This document shows positions 30,504-41,827 of a stretch of DNA of 64,000 nt, one piece after another (position 1 is the first letter of the stretch; every line of letters starts with the position of its first letter). A program made the position numbers and the translations under genes. The notes under the pieces were generated by a model. The model saw nothing but the letters and a program-made list of their open reading frames with translations. It made no database searches and was not told where the DNA came from. This DNA comes from Nitrosopumilus sp. (GTDB taxonomy: Archaea > Thermoproteota > Nitrososphaeria > Nitrososphaerales > Nitrosopumilaceae): the NCBI GenBank assembly GCA_965207445.1, contig CBDBLX010000002.1:672001-736000 (forward strand), read 5' to 3'.

Positions 30504-32234
30504 TCAGTTACCTGCAAATATCTCACAGTTGGCTATCAGGTCTAGTCCGTCTGACTGCTCACACATATCTATTAACCCATCTCCACCATCAAGAAAGTCT
30601 CCACCTGTGCCACCATATATGGTGTCAATACCCGTATCTCCTCTAAGTATGTCGTTTCCAGTGCCACCAATTATGTAATCGTTACCTGCACCACCGTCGA
30701 TAATGTCATCATCACCGTTGCCAAGTATGCAATCATTACCATCCCCACCCCAAATTATATCCTTACCTGCTTTTCCAAATATAAGATCATCTTGTACTGT
30801 TCCATTAATTAACTCATTTCCATTATTACCATATATGACATTATATGCGGACTGCTCCAATCCACACGCCAGTACGGTGACAAACTGGTATGTCTCTTTT
30901 GTATTTTTTGCCTCATCAAATGCTATCCATGTGATGTTTGTAGTTCCTATTGGAAACTTTTCTGGTGCATTGTTCAATATTCCTATTATATTATAATCAT
31001 CTGTGGCATTTGCTACTCCTATGTCTACTATAGTTAGAATATCTGTTGCATTGACTATGATGTTTGGTGGCGCAGATATGTTTGGTGGTGTTGTATCATA
31101 AAATATGGGGTGCATGTTATTTATGTCATTTGTTTTGTTTTGTATATCATTCTCTGTTATTGATGGTTGTATGTGTTGTTGTTGCTGCTGCTGTGATGTT
31201 GCATTGTTTGTGATGGTTGTTTCGTTGTACTGTGGTGTACTATATGCATAAATTGTATGATCAAGTGTATCTATTACATACAACTGTCCATTAATTCCAA
31301 GTTCTACATCTGTGGGAAATACCAATCTGTCTACATGCAATGGACCATACTGTTCATAGATCGCAAGAGGTCTAGAACCGTCACTCAAATTAAGATACAA
31401 TACATTTTGAGAATGTGCATTTGTCACATATATCATAGAATCATCTGCTAGCTTTATGTTCTCTGGCATAAATTCAAAAGAGTCTGATCCAGTAAATTCA
31501 TATGAATTCATATATGTACCATTTGCCATATATTGACTTATGCGTTTGTTCCCACGATCAGAGACATATATGCTACCATCATTATCATCTATATCTATTC
31601 CATGTGGGGTGACAAACTTACCATATTCGATACCTGACCCTCCAAATGATAGGACAAACTCACCTTCTGTTGTGAATTTTTGAACACGATAGTTTCCTGT
31701 ATCTACTACGTATATGTAGCCGTCACTACTTGCAATCACATCATTTGGCATTGATAATGTTCCATTTGTCTTGCCACGTTCACCCCACTGTGATACGTAA
31801 TTTCCATCAAGGTCAAATTTTTGTATTCTGTTCAGATCACGATCTGCCACATATACAAAAGATCCATCAGTTGTTATTCCAGACAGATAGTTGAATTGAC
31901 CATTACCTTGTCCACTACCTCCCCATGCCATCAAAAATGTACCTTGTGCATCAAATTTCTGAACACGTTTGTTACCTAGGTCAGACACATACACATTACC
32001 ATTATTCTCATCGACTGCGAGAAATTGTGGGTGTACGAATGCCCCCTCTTTTCCTATTCCATACGCGCCCCAATTATATATCTCTGAATGATCAATGCTT
32101 GCAAATGTCATTTGTGTATCTGCTGACATGCTTACTATCATTGCACCTATTACAAATACAGTAATTCCAAATAATACAATGTCAAATTTGACGACTCTTG
32201 CCATGTGGTCAATACGCTTGACTGGTCTGTTCAT
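30504..32234 (-). CDS. Secreted NHL-repeat protein with HYR-like domain and RTX-type Ca-binding repeats
   Basis: Repeated YV.D.gN.RvQKF..G motifs, DTTPP...ATDD...FPIGTT, C-terminal GGxGxD nonapeptides. Confidence 0.85.
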   Translation of the reverse strand: MNRPVKRIDHMARVVKFDIVLFGITVFVIGAMIVSMSADTQMTFASIDHSEIYNWGAYGIGKEGAFVHPQFLAVDENNGNVYVSDLGNKRVQKFDAQGTFLMAWGGSGQGNGQFNYLSGITTDGSFVYVADRDLNRIQKFDLDGNYVSQWGERGKTNGTLSMPNDVIASSDGYIYVVDTGNYRVQKFTTEGEFVLSFGGSGIEYGKFVTPHGIDIDDNDGSIYVSDRGNKRISQYMANGTYMNSYEFTGSDSFEFMPENIKLADDSMIYVTNAHSQNVLYLNLSDGSRPLAIYEQYGPLHVDRLVFPTDVELGINGQLYVIDTLDHTIYAYSTPQYNETTITNNATSQQQQQQHIQPSITENDIQNKTNDINNMHPIFYDTTPPNISAPPNIIVNATDILTIVDIGVANATDDYNIIGILNNAPEKFPIGTTNITWIAFDEAKNTKETYQFVTVLACGLEQSAYNVIYGNNGNELINGTVQDDLIFGKAGKDIIWGGDGNDCILGNGDDDIIDGGAGNDYIIGGTGNDILRGDTGIDTIYGGTGGDFLDGGDGLIDMCEQSDGLDLIANCEIFAGN

Positions 32235-32439
32235 AATATTATATTATAATAAAAGGTAATTACCATGCGTGTAAATAATTGTTGGGTCACTTGTCGAATT
32301 TAGTTGACCTTTTTTTACCACTTTTAGCTGGATTGATGTTGAATTCCTAGAATACTTGTCACATATGATGTATTCATTGAACTGAATATGTGAGGTTTGT
32401 AAAATTTACATTATGTTTGTTGAATAACTGGGCATTTTG

Positions 32440-33351
32440 TCAGAATGGCTTGTTTACATCTTTTGTAAAGACATAACTTGCTATTGCCACCATACCTGCA
32501 ACAAATCCCACTATAACTGCAAATCCTATGAACATGGTGATGTCGCCTTCTGATACACCTGTCATCATCTCCCTTATGAGCAGTACTGCATACGTGACTG
32601 GATTGAACTTTGCAAGAGTGGACAGCCACTCTGGAAGTAACTCGAGTGGAAACAGTGCAGGACTCATCATAAAAAGCGGCATCCCGAGCATATTGATCAT
32701 GCCCCAAAAAGTCTCTTGCGATTTAGCAGTGGCTGCAACAGTTACAGATACTCCTGCAAATCCTAGTGAGAACAATATGACTATGCCCATAATTGGTATT
32801 ATCATAATGGGATCTGAGAAAGTGACTCCTATTGCAAGTGCAATTCCTATTATGAGACTTGCTTGTAGTGCTGCGACTAGTGATATGGCCGCCATCTTGC
32901 CGAGTGCAATTGATGCTCGTGAGATGGGTGTTGTTAGAACCATGTTCATAAAGCCGTATCGTCTGTCCCACAACGTATTGACTCCGCCAAATATACTTGT
33001 GAATATTGCAGTTAACACTATGACACCTGGCGCCATGAACTCGATATACTCTCCATCAAACCCAACTGACTCTATGAGTGGTTGTGTCCCTGCAAATGTA
33101 TTTCCCACTACTATTATCCATATTGCAGGTTGGATTAATCTGATGAGTACTCCGCTTTTTGATTTTTTGTATCGTTTTGCCTCTCTCCAAAATATCGTGT
33201 ATGCATCATATATTGCTGATTTAAATGATGATACAGGACTGTCTGTATGTAATGATGCTGTTGCTACTGCTACTGATGATGATGATTCTGATGGCAACGA
33301 AGCATGTCGTTGTGATGAATCTGTATGCTTATTTTGATGATCATGTGACAT
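32440..33351 (-). CDS. ABC-2 type exporter permease
   Basis: FMAPG, DRRYG, LPEWL..LAKFNPVTY. Confidence 0.9.
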   Translation of the reverse strand: MSHDHQNKHTDSSQRHASLPSESSSSVAVATASLHTDSPVSSFKSAIYDAYTIFWREAKRYKKSKSGVLIRLIQPAIWIIVVGNTFAGTQPLIESVGFDGEYIEFMAPGVIVLTAIFTSIFGGVNTLWDRRYGFMNMVLTTPISRASIALGKMAAISLVAALQASLIIGIALAIGVTFSDPIMIIPIMGIVILFSLGFAGVSVTVAATAKSQETFWGMINMLGMPLFMMSPALFPLELLPEWLSTLAKFNPVTYAVLLIREMMTGVSEGDITMFIGFAVIVGFVAGMVAIASYVFTKDVNKPF

Positions 33352-33353
33352 AG

Positions 33354-34367
33354 TTACACCTTTCCCCTGTTCCTCTTCTTTCTTGCAATTTCTCGTCTTT
33401 GACTAAGTCCTGAATCATCCTCATCTCTTATCTCATGTCCTGTGTGATGTAAAAAGACATCGTCTAGTGTTGGATGTTTGACATTTATACTCTCAATTGT
33501 TGCCCCGCATCTTGCCGCTGCTTGAAATATCTTGGGTACTGATTCTGTGCCGTTTGATGCTATCATGGTAATGGAATTACATGTATGATCATAATGTATG
33601 TTGGATAACATGTCTGCCATATCTTGTAACTGTGACTGCATCTCTTGAATCTTGTCATGTATGACAATTGATATGATTTCATTACCCAGATTATCTTTCA
33701 TGTGTGATGGCTTGTCAATTACAATTATTTTGCCACCATCTATTATTCCAATTCTATCACATAGGTTGTCTGCTTCTTCCATGTAATGTGTGGTCAAAAA
33801 TACCGTAACGTTATACTCTGTGTGAATTTTTTTAATATAATCCCAGATCTTTCTGCGCGTCTGTATGTCTAGTCCTACAGTTGGCTCATCTAAAAATAGT
33901 ACCTCTGGCATGTGTAGCAAACCACCTGCTATGTCTAATCTCTTACGCATCCCACCTGAATACCCATTTACATAATCATGTTGTTTGTCCTCTAATTCTA
34001 CTAGTTGTAACATCTCATCTATTCTGGACTCTGTTATGTCTTTTGGTATGTGTGAGAGTCTTGCATGCAGATGCAAGTTTTCACGGCCCGTCATATATTC
34101 ATCAACTGATGTGTCTTGTTGTATGTATCCTATTTTTTGTCTGACTTTTTTGGGATCTTTTACTATGTTGTATCCACCTATGTATGCTGTCCCTGAGGAT
34201 GGTCCTAGTAAAGTGGTGAGCATCATTATGGTAGTACTTTTACCTGCTCCATTTGGGCCAAGAAATCCGAATATTTCTCCTGATTCGACCTCAAATGATA
34301 TGTCATTTACTGCTGTCAGTTCTCCGAATTTTTTTGTTAAATGTTTTGTATTTATTGCACTCAACAA
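33354..34367 (-). CDS. ABC exporter ATP-binding protein (DrrA-like)
   Basis: GPNGAGKST, YSGGMRKR, DEPTVGLD. Confidence 0.92.
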   Translation of the reverse strand: MLSAINTKHLTKKFGELTAVNDISFEVESGEIFGFLGPNGAGKSTTIMMLTTLLGPSSGTAYIGGYNIVKDPKKVRQKIGYIQQDTSVDEYMTGRENLHLHARLSHIPKDITESRIDEMLQLVELEDKQHDYVNGYSGGMRKRLDIAGGLLHMPEVLFLDEPTVGLDIQTRRKIWDYIKKIHTEYNVTVFLTTHYMEEADNLCDRIGIIDGGKIIVIDKPSHMKDNLGNEIISIVIHDKIQEMQSQLQDMADMLSNIHYDHTCNSITMIASNGTESVPKIFQAAARCGATIESINVKHPTLDDVFLHHTGHEIRDEDDSGLSQRREIARKKRNRGKV

Positions 34368-34569
34368 TTATCGTTATCTGGTCCCAATTATAATTTAAAT
34401 GAGTTTAAAATGTGTGTATGTTCAATCAATTGTTGGTGAGTTGAGTCAAAAAGGATGGTACATGAATTTGGCCATGGTATAGACACTGAATTTTTTTCTT
34501 CGATAGTATCTAATAATGAGTCACCTTTAAATCTCATGTATAATTTGTATTGATAATGGAGCGTGATAA

Positions 34570-36831
34570 GTGATGGGCGCAATGCTTAATGTTATCATTG
34601 CACTTGCAGTTGTAGTAGGAATTGTAGTTGCCATTGCAATATCTTTTGATAATGAGGTCGATGTTGTTGATGATAATGGTAATAACATGAGTTCATCTAC
34701 TGATCCTTTGTCAAATGGAACTCTCATACTAGACAATAGCACAACACTGTCTATATCACAAGGACAAATCATGGAGATCTCAGATAGAATACACCTAAGT
34801 GAGATATTATCTGCGTCTCTCGTTTCACCAAATCAATATTGGAATCAGCCGATGTTTCGTGAAATGGCTGTGCCTGCGTTGGCCCCTTCTATTATGGATG
34901 AGTCATTTATGTTTGATGATACGGTTGCACTTGATTCAGAATCCTTTACAATTACATCTGATGCAGACTATTCCACTACAAACGTTCAAGTCAAAGGTGT
35001 AGATGAGCCAGACTATATAAAAAATGATGGAGAGTATGCGTATATAGTCACTGACAACAACTTGATTATAGTGGATTTGTTGCCTGCCTCTGAGATTCAC
35101 GTAAAGACCAAAGTTGCACTTGATATTGATAACAATGATATTGAGAACATATTTCTAAATGGAAATGATCTTGTTCTATTCTATTCAGATCAAAGTGATA
35201 GTCTTGTGATCCGAGAGTATGAGTTCATACCGCAGAGCTCTTACAAGCCTGTAACCCGTGCTGTTGTAATTGATGTATCTGATCGTGAATCGCCTGCAAT
35301 ACGTGCTGATTATACAATTGATGGTAGGTTTAATGACGCTCGTATGGTAGACAAACATGTGTATATAATCACAACTAGCTATCTTGATTATGACTATCCT
35401 GAATTTCCAATAATTACTTTTGATGATGCGCGTATAACTCCAAAGGCATTTTACTTTGAGGGTGAATCTCATTTCTCAACATTTACAACACTCTCATCAC
35501 TAGACCTCTCAAATGATTACTCTGTTACATCTGAGACATTTTTGATGGGTGATACTGGAACATACTATGTCACACATTCTAACTTTTACCTTACGTATCT
35601 TCAAAGCTTACCACCTGGGTATAATTATGAACAAGCAGCTCATGAGCGCTTTGTCAAGGTCATTGTTCCATTACTGCCTAGTGATGTCCAGAATGAAATA
35701 ATGGACATGCTGCAGACTCGATGGGTAGAAGGCTCCCAAAAGTCTTGGCGAAGTATATCGGATATTCTTCAGAATTACTATAATTCTCTTGATGCTGATC
35801 AACGTGATGAGTTATTCATAAGTATAGAGAATGCTCTTATTGTGTATGATAATGAGATAATGCAAGAGCAGACACGCACTGTAATACATAAAGTATCCAT
35901 TGATGAAAGCGACATTGATTATGAGGCTCGTGGTTCTGTACCTGGCAGATTGTTAAATCAGTTCTCACTTGGTGAAAGTGGGAATGGTGAACGACTTCGT
36001 GTAGCAACTACTGTTGAATACCATACAGAGTTTGGAGGATTTGAGCGCTCAAATAGCGTTTACACTTTGGATGCTGATTTGGATATTGTAGGCAAGCTGG
36101 AAAATATCGCATTTGATGAAAGTATTTACTCTGTTAGATTTATGGATGATAGACTTTACATGGTTACTTTTCAGCAGATCGATCCATTTTTTGTAATTGA
36201 TATATCCGGTGACGTGCCACGTATATTGGGTGAGCTAAAAATTCCTGGGTTCTCAAACTATCTCCATCCGTATGATGATGATCATGTGATTGGAATTGGA
36301 CGTGATACAAAACTTGTAGATGGTAGGTGGGTGCAACCACTTGGTATTAAAATTGCACTGTTTAATGTCGCTGATGTATCAAACCCAATAGTTGCAGATG
36401 AGATAATTATTGGAGATGATCGCACTCATTCTGCTGCACTTGGAGATCACAAGGCCTTTTTCTTTGACAAACAACGTGATATAATGTCAATGCCAATTGA
36501 AGGATCATTTGATAGTATCAAAGATACTCTTAGAAAATTTGAGGTAAATAACATATTTGATTCTGGCATATTTTCAGAAGACTATTGGACTGGTTTTTAC
36601 ATAATTGATGTCAAAAACACTACAGGTATTGATGTGCGTGGTGCAATATCACACTCTGTTTTATCTAATAGTCCGCACAATTCTGATACATTGCCACGTA
36701 CATTTTACATTGATGATGTAATGTATACTGTCTCAAATTCTGCAATAATTGCAAGTGATATTAACTCACTTGATCGATTGGGATTTGTCAAGCTCACTGG
36801 AACTGGGTTGTTAATTGATTATCTGGACTGA
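34570..36831 (+). CDS. Membrane-anchored beta-propeller domain protein (Beta_propel type)
   Basis: YSTTNVQV.GVDEPD.IKNDG, LLNQFS, IYSVRF..TF.QIDPFFVID, GELKIPGFSNYLHP. Confidence 0.85.
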   Translation: MMGAMLNVIIALAVVVGIVVAIAISFDNEVDVVDDNGNNMSSSTDPLSNGTLILDNSTTLSISQGQIMEISDRIHLSEILSASLVSPNQYWNQPMFREMAVPALAPSIMDESFMFDDTVALDSESFTITSDADYSTTNVQVKGVDEPDYIKNDGEYAYIVTDNNLIIVDLLPASEIHVKTKVALDIDNNDIENIFLNGNDLVLFYSDQSDSLVIREYEFIPQSSYKPVTRAVVIDVSDRESPAIRADYTIDGRFNDARMVDKHVYIITTSYLDYDYPEFPIITFDDARITPKAFYFEGESHFSTFTTLSSLDLSNDYSVTSETFLMGDTGTYYVTHSNFYLTYLQSLPPGYNYEQAAHERFVKVIVPLLPSDVQNEIMDMLQTRWVEGSQKSWRSISDILQNYYNSLDADQRDELFISIENALIVYDNEIMQEQTRTVIHKVSIDESDIDYEARGSVPGRLLNQFSLGESGNGERLRVATTVEYHTEFGGFERSNSVYTLDADLDIVGKLENIAFDESIYSVRFMDDRLYMVTFQQIDPFFVIDISGDVPRILGELKIPGFSNYLHPYDDDHVIGIGRDTKLVDGRWVQPLGIKIALFNVADVSNPIVADEIIIGDDRTHSAALGDHKAFFFDKQRDIMSMPIEGSFDSIKDTLRKFEVNNIFDSGIFSEDYWTGFYIIDVKNTTGIDVRGAISHSVLSNSPHNSDTLPRTFYIDDVMYTVSNSAIIASDINSLDRLGFVKLTGTGLLIDYLD

Positions 36832-37044
36832 TGTTTATTTGGTGTATTATAGAGTGTATGTACATTTTTTATCAAAGTTTGATCAATTCCGCATTTATTC
36901 ACTAGAACTTGGTTTTTAGATTTTTTATCAAATTTTATATGATTAAATATTGTTGTATGTTGTCTTTTTTTTATTTGTAACGAGTGTCAAAAATTAACTT
37001 ATAATAAATCATATAAATAATAAACTTTACTTCTACTATTATTA

Positions 37045-37752
37045 TTATATAATATGGACTATGGTGGTCAATCCTCTCTTTTCAATCTCTGATTCGTTGC
37101 CGTCAATTTCTACAAATGTTATAGTAAATGATATTAGATCTCGTCGTTGTGCGTTGTGCGCATGTAGTGTCAACTCTACATTTAATGTCTCTTGTGCTAT
37201 ATTTGATGAATCTTGCTCAATGTATGCATCGCATGTGGACTCTACTCTGAACTTTGAATTCTTAAAGTGTGATCCTATGATCATTTTTCTATTTGATCTC
37301 GCATTTGCCCTTGCAGTCACTTTAATGGAACCTGCTCTTGCTTCTGTATAGCTTGCCATCTTGTTTACAAATACGCCTATCTCAAGTGGTTTACCCGCTG
37401 TTGCCTCTGCCATCTTTTGCAATCCATCATTCATTGCAATATCTACTGACTTTATACTCTGAGCAACTTTTGCAATCCATTCACAACTTCTTTGTACTAC
37501 TGCATGTATCTCTGCACGTCTGCGTGTGTCTTCTTCTGCCGGTAGTTTGTAGTAATCAACCCATGCCTCATAATCGTGTTGTATGTCTTCAAGAAAATCC
37601 ATACATACTCGTCTATACTCATTTACATCATCTGTTCTCTCTGACTCGTCTTCAGAGTACATTGCACTACTTGCGCCACTGTTATCATCATTGAAATCCA
37701 TTGGCATTGCCATATAGTATGTGTGTTGTGTGGGTGTAAAAAACAGTTGCAT
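37045..37752 (-). CDS. Hypothetical protein (start uncertain)
   Basis: 235-aa ORF with no competing gene; no recognised motif. Confidence 0.65.
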   Translation of the reverse strand: MQLFFTPTQHTYYMAMPMDFNDDNSGASSAMYSEDESERTDDVNEYRRVCMDFLEDIQHDYEAWVDYYKLPAEEDTRRRAEIHAVVQRSCEWIAKVAQSIKSVDIAMNDGLQKMAEATAGKPLEIGVFVNKMASYTEARAGSIKVTARANARSNRKMIIGSHFKNSKFRVESTCDAYIEQDSSNIAQETLNVELTLHAHNAQRRDLISFTITFVEIDGNESEIEKRGLTTIVHII

Positions 37753-37892
37753 CTTTTTACAGTTAGATATATCAATCGTATGAAGATGCTATGGTGTATA
37801 TGGCAATGTTTACTCGTATTGTCTCTGACTTGCAAGACCAGTTGCATGGCAATCTTGCACAGATAATTTTACTATTACATCAGAATCCTGCC

Positions 37893-38294
37893 ATGGGTTA
37901 TACTCGTATTGTGGATATCGGGAAAAAGGTGGGTCGTGCATATGGTATCAACTTGGTGGTCAATTTTCCAAAGGAGGGTCGTATAAATGAGTATGACATG
38001 TATGGTAAGCGAGACCTCAGTTTGATCATAGACTATGAGCGAAAAAAATTCCCCATAGATCGTGATATAATAAAGGCAAAAGTTCTTGAAATATTTGGAA
38101 ATTCTGTAAAGACGCAGGATGCATACATGTATGAGGACAAAGAAGGTGTGCGTGTGTACACTGATAAATGGAAGATCGATATATTGCCTCACTCTCTTCA
38201 CATATGGACTGTATTTGATGAGCGTGTCACGTCTCTTTGTGACTGGCTACTTACTGTAGTATATCTTATGAAAGATACTTCTGATGTAAAATAA
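37893..38294 (+). CDS. Conserved hypothetical protein
   Basis: ORF 37791..38294; likely start ATG 37893 (MGYTRIVDIG). Confidence 0.7.
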   Translation: MGYTRIVDIGKKVGRAYGINLVVNFPKEGRINEYDMYGKRDLSLIIDYERKKFPIDRDIIKAKVLEIFGNSVKTQDAYMYEDKEGVRVYTDKWKIDILPHSLHIWTVFDERVTSLCDWLLTVVYLMKDTSDVK

Positions 38295-38386
38295 TAGATG
38301 TATTGATCATTTTTTTAATTTTCACAGACGATATAATCAAAATTGATTCATTACTGGCAGTTTGGTCTCGATTTGTTGATAATTAT

Positions 38387-38740
38387 TTAGACTCCTTGTA
38401 ATTCGTCAAACAATGCCTGTGCTTCAAAATCATTGGGGTCAATCTCTAGTATTTGGCTTGTTGCAATTGTGGCCTTTTCTTTTTGGCCCAACATTAGATG
38501 TGCATTTGTTTTTAGTTTTAATGTCTCTACATCGTCACTCTTTAAACTCAATGCTTTTTCAAAGTACTCTAGTGCTTTTTGAGCATCTTCGACCATAAAG
38601 TAGGTGCTTCCCATGATAAACATAAAGTCATGATCATTTTCATATTTTGTTTCTAATTCTTTACCAAGTGCAATTGCTTCTATATACTCACCGTCTGCTA
38701 TCATTTTTCTGATCTTTCGTTTAGGGTATAACATTGACAT
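38387..38740 (-). CDS. TPR-repeat protein
   Basis: GSTYF..DAQKALEYFEKAL...ILEIDP pattern. Confidence 0.85.
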   Translation of the reverse strand: MSMLYPKRKIRKMIADGEYIEAIALGKELETKYENDHDFMFIMGSTYFMVEDAQKALEYFEKALSLKSDDVETLKLKTNAHLMLGQKEKATIATSQILEIDPNDFEAQALFDELQGV

Positions 38741-38771
38741 CTAACTCGTGTTTTTTTGTTTTATGGCAATG

Positions 38772-40322
38772 TTATGATATGACCATGATCCCACTCTGAA
38801 TCAAAAATTGTATAGCCTGCACAAATGTGTTGTCATCAATTATGCCCTGAGACCACCATTCTGCATTACTCTTTACCCATGTAGGTATCTCGTTTGCTTG
38901 GTCTGTTGTTGTAATATTATCTGTTTGTGATGCTGCTGCTGGAATCTGTATTATTTTCTCATTGATCAAAAACTGTATACCTTGCACAAAAGAATCATCA
39001 TCAATCAAACCCTCTGCCCACCATCCGGCATTACTCTTTACCCAGTCTGGTATTTGCATCTCTTGCACATCATTACTATCATCATTCATTATGGTTTCTG
39101 TTTCATCTAATTTGTCATTCTCTATTATGGTAATTGGTATCTGTACATAATCATTTGGATCTGTAGGGACAATATGTTCTGGTGATGTTCCATATACCCA
39201 TATGACATAATTTTCAACTCCTGGTTTCTCCATTACTATCATATCAAGTAAATATTGTCCAGACTGTGAGTATAGAAACTGTCTACCCTCTTCATTTGCA
39301 ATGGATCTTGTGGTGCGTAAATCACTATCTGTTGTAAACACATCAAACTGTACTTGGTTTAAAAATTCTGTCTCATCGTACTTTTTCATGAATTTTATGA
39401 GCAATTGCATATTACAACCTTCCTTTGGCTCTTCAGGGCCATACGATACGTGCACTTGATACAATGAACCCACTGTCTGTTTCTTTATGGTTGTATCTTT
39501 GTCAAATTTTTCTTCACATCCTTTTGTTGCTGAAAGATCGTTTGTAGATACCACGTCTGCAAATGGATTCTCTGTTATGCCTTCTTTGTAATCTAATAGT
39601 ACAAACTCATACTCTACTGGTGGAATTCCCTCTGGCACATGTACGAATGTTTTTGCTTTTATTGGAAATGGAAATTCATCTGCTACCCATACCTCACTAA
39701 CTGCACCGCCCGTTCTCCATCCAACTATGACCGTTTCCCAAGTAATTCCTGCTGCATTTATCTCATCTAATTCACGCGGCATTACCTGCTCACCTCCAAT
39801 GTTTGCTATCTTCCCCCATGATACATCTTTGAATGCTTTTGGCCCCTTTCCTTCTTGTGTGCTTTCTGCAGTTGCAAATGCTGACAACCATGCAATTGAG
39901 GACTTGAATGGGTTACGATATTTTTTTATCTCATCTGATCCGCCTGTGGGCTCTGGTGTAATCTTGCCCAATTCCATGTTTCCTACTATTGTATTTCTTC
40001 CATCATACACTACTGTCTCTGCTAGCCATTTTGTCTCACTACCCACCTGTATTTCACCTCTTATCCAGAGATCAATTTCAAATTTAACACACTCTTTGTA
40101 ATTTATGTGACACATAGAATATGAAAAATAGTCACCTTGTTTGAGGCCCTCGCCTGCATACCATGTACCTTCTTTGTCAACTCCGCCAGTTTGAAATTGT
40201 GCAAACGCCTCTGGTGTGTTTGTTGTCGTTGTTGTTGTGATTGCTATGGCCAATAGCATAAACACAGATAATATTGATAATGTTAATCTGGTGTTCATCT
40301 TGAGCAAACTACCTGTTTTCAA
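38772..40322 (-). CDS. Secreted protein with two C-terminal IPxWVKxNAxWW domains
   Basis: Signal peptide ending AFA; IPDWVKSNAGWW and IPTWVKSNAEWW repeats. Confidence 0.8.
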   Translation of the reverse strand: MKTGSLLKMNTRLTLSILSVFMLLAIAITTTTTTNTPEAFAQFQTGGVDKEGTWYAGEGLKQGDYFSYSMCHINYKECVKFEIDLWIRGEIQVGSETKWLAETVVYDGRNTIVGNMELGKITPEPTGGSDEIKKYRNPFKSSIAWLSAFATAESTQEGKGPKAFKDVSWGKIANIGGEQVMPRELDEINAAGITWETVIVGWRTGGAVSEVWVADEFPFPIKAKTFVHVPEGIPPVEYEFVLLDYKEGITENPFADVVSTNDLSATKGCEEKFDKDTTIKKQTVGSLYQVHVSYGPEEPKEGCNMQLLIKFMKKYDETEFLNQVQFDVFTTDSDLRTTRSIANEEGRQFLYSQSGQYLLDMIVMEKPGVENYVIWVYGTSPEHIVPTDPNDYVQIPITIIENDKLDETETIMNDDSNDVQEMQIPDWVKSNAGWWAEGLIDDDSFVQGIQFLINEKIIQIPAAASQTDNITTTDQANEIPTWVKSNAEWWSQGIIDDNTFVQAIQFLIQSGIMVIS

Positions 40323-40446
40323 ACTATATCTTTTACGATAATCGAATAGTTAAACGTTATTTTATCAAATATTTTGCATACTGTCTATTTATTGGATTAT
40401 GACACTCAAATAAGCAAATATATCGGTAATTTTTACTAGAATCAGT

Positions 40447-40611
40447 ATGTGTGATTGTTCTCGTATACACTTGTATGAGGTGGAGTTTAAACTCGATGGT
40501 TTGATCGTTGTACCCACGTGCAAAAAATGTGGCTTTGCACTAGATGAAAAACAAGCAGAAAAATTCCAAAAAACTCTAGTTAAATCTTGGGGTATGGAAG
40601 TAGAAGAATAA
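40447..40611 (+). CDS. 54-aa small Cys-containing protein
   Basis: MCDCSRIHLYEVEFKLDGLIVVPTCKKCGFALDEKQAEKFQKTLVKSWGMEVEE*; CxC and CxxC motifs; below the ORF-track cutoff. Confidence 0.75.
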   Translation: MCDCSRIHLYEVEFKLDGLIVVPTCKKCGFALDEKQAEKFQKTLVKSWGMEVEE

Positions 40612-40891
40612 GTATGCCTTGATGATCAAAACACAAAGTTGTAGTTGTGTGTGACGTGTGTTTTTTGTATAGTTATGATTAAAGACGATAATACATGTCA
40701 AAAACTTTACATTGGTTGTACTGTCACTCACATATCATTATGTGATTATTTTTATATGGTGAAATATTTGTTAATATTTACCATAATCATAATTAAAAAA
40801 ATCTGCCATAATAATATCTGGCAAATACTTTTAGCAAAAATACTTGATGGTGTGATGTGTGCTAGTCACTCAAACCTGCCCATCTGAACTG

Positions 40892-41341
40892 TCACTCCAT
40901 CTGTTTGAACTCTTTTTTACTCATTCGAAGGATTACCTTTTCACCAATTCCCCATATGTCTGTCTTTGAGACAATCTTTGTCTTTGTTAATCCATCTGAG
41001 ACTTCTATGGATTCTAGCTCTTCTGTTTCTGGATTTTTATGTATGCGTTTTACTTTTCCTATCTTGTTTTGATCTCCATCTGTGACAGTCGTTCCCACTG
41101 TAATGGGTGGTCTGCTCAAATGCAGTGTCTTTTCTGAGAACTTGTCGATATAATCACTTGTTAAATAGTAGTCTTTGCTAAATCCTTGATGTACGGTCAC
41201 GCCTGAAACTACTAGTGTCTCTGGGTTTATGTGTATGTGCTTTATCTTGCCATACTCCACTCCCTCTCTATCGATGACTTTTCTTCCTCTGAATGTGTCG
41301 GCAGTTACTCCTTGTGTATCATTGAGTTTTGTTGTTGACAT
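40892..41341 (-). CDS. Tandem PRC-barrel domain protein
   Basis: Two G..V.d..G..iGki..i.i.pet repeats. Confidence 0.82.
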   Translation of the reverse strand: MSTTKLNDTQGVTADTFRGRKVIDREGVEYGKIKHIHINPETLVVSGVTVHQGFSKDYYLTSDYIDKFSEKTLHLSRPPITVGTTVTDGDQNKIGKVKRIHKNPETEELESIEVSDGLTKTKIVSKTDIWGIGEKVILRMSKKEFKQME

Positions 41342-41422
41342 GATTATACATTACATAGTTTGCTTATCAATACGCGCATTGGCATTATTATACTAACATA
41401 TGATTAAATTATTTGATTAAAA

Positions 41423-41797
41423 ATGACATACATGCCACACTCCAATGTAAAGAATCGTGCAGATTTATCTACTACCATATCTAGAATGATCTTAATCACA
41501 AGAGGCAGAAAGACGGGAAAACCTCACAAAGTAGAGCTCACAGGCGTCACATACTCCGGTAAGGTATACTTTTCAAGACATAAACCAAATTCGGATTGGT
41601 ATCTTAATGCTACTGCAAATTCTGATGTGGCTGTACAGTTTGATAATCGTCTGATTGCTGGCACTGCACATGTGGTCTGTGATCCAAAATTATTGCAACA
41701 TATATCAGAGTTAAAATATCCTGGTGAGAAGCGGGCAAATGAAAAGAGAGTTGCAATAGAGGTGGAGTTAATTACATCTAGTGAGTTTAGAAATTAA
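41423..41797 (+). CDS. Deazaflavin(F420)-dependent nitroreductase-like split-barrel protein
   Basis: LITRGRKTGK, SDWYLNA..NSDV. Confidence 0.75.
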   Translation: MTYMPHSNVKNRADLSTTISRMILITRGRKTGKPHKVELTGVTYSGKVYFSRHKPNSDWYLNATANSDVAVQFDNRLIAGTAHVVCDPKLLQHISELKYPGEKRANEKRVAIEVELITSSEFRN

Positions 41798-41827
41798 TCT
41801 ATATTGTATCCTTACGTACTTACTAAC

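Noticed and set aside
32528..33337. 269-aa antisense ORF (and many similar shadow ORFs)
   Set aside because: Antisense shadow of a clearly identifiable gene; a codon-bias artefact.
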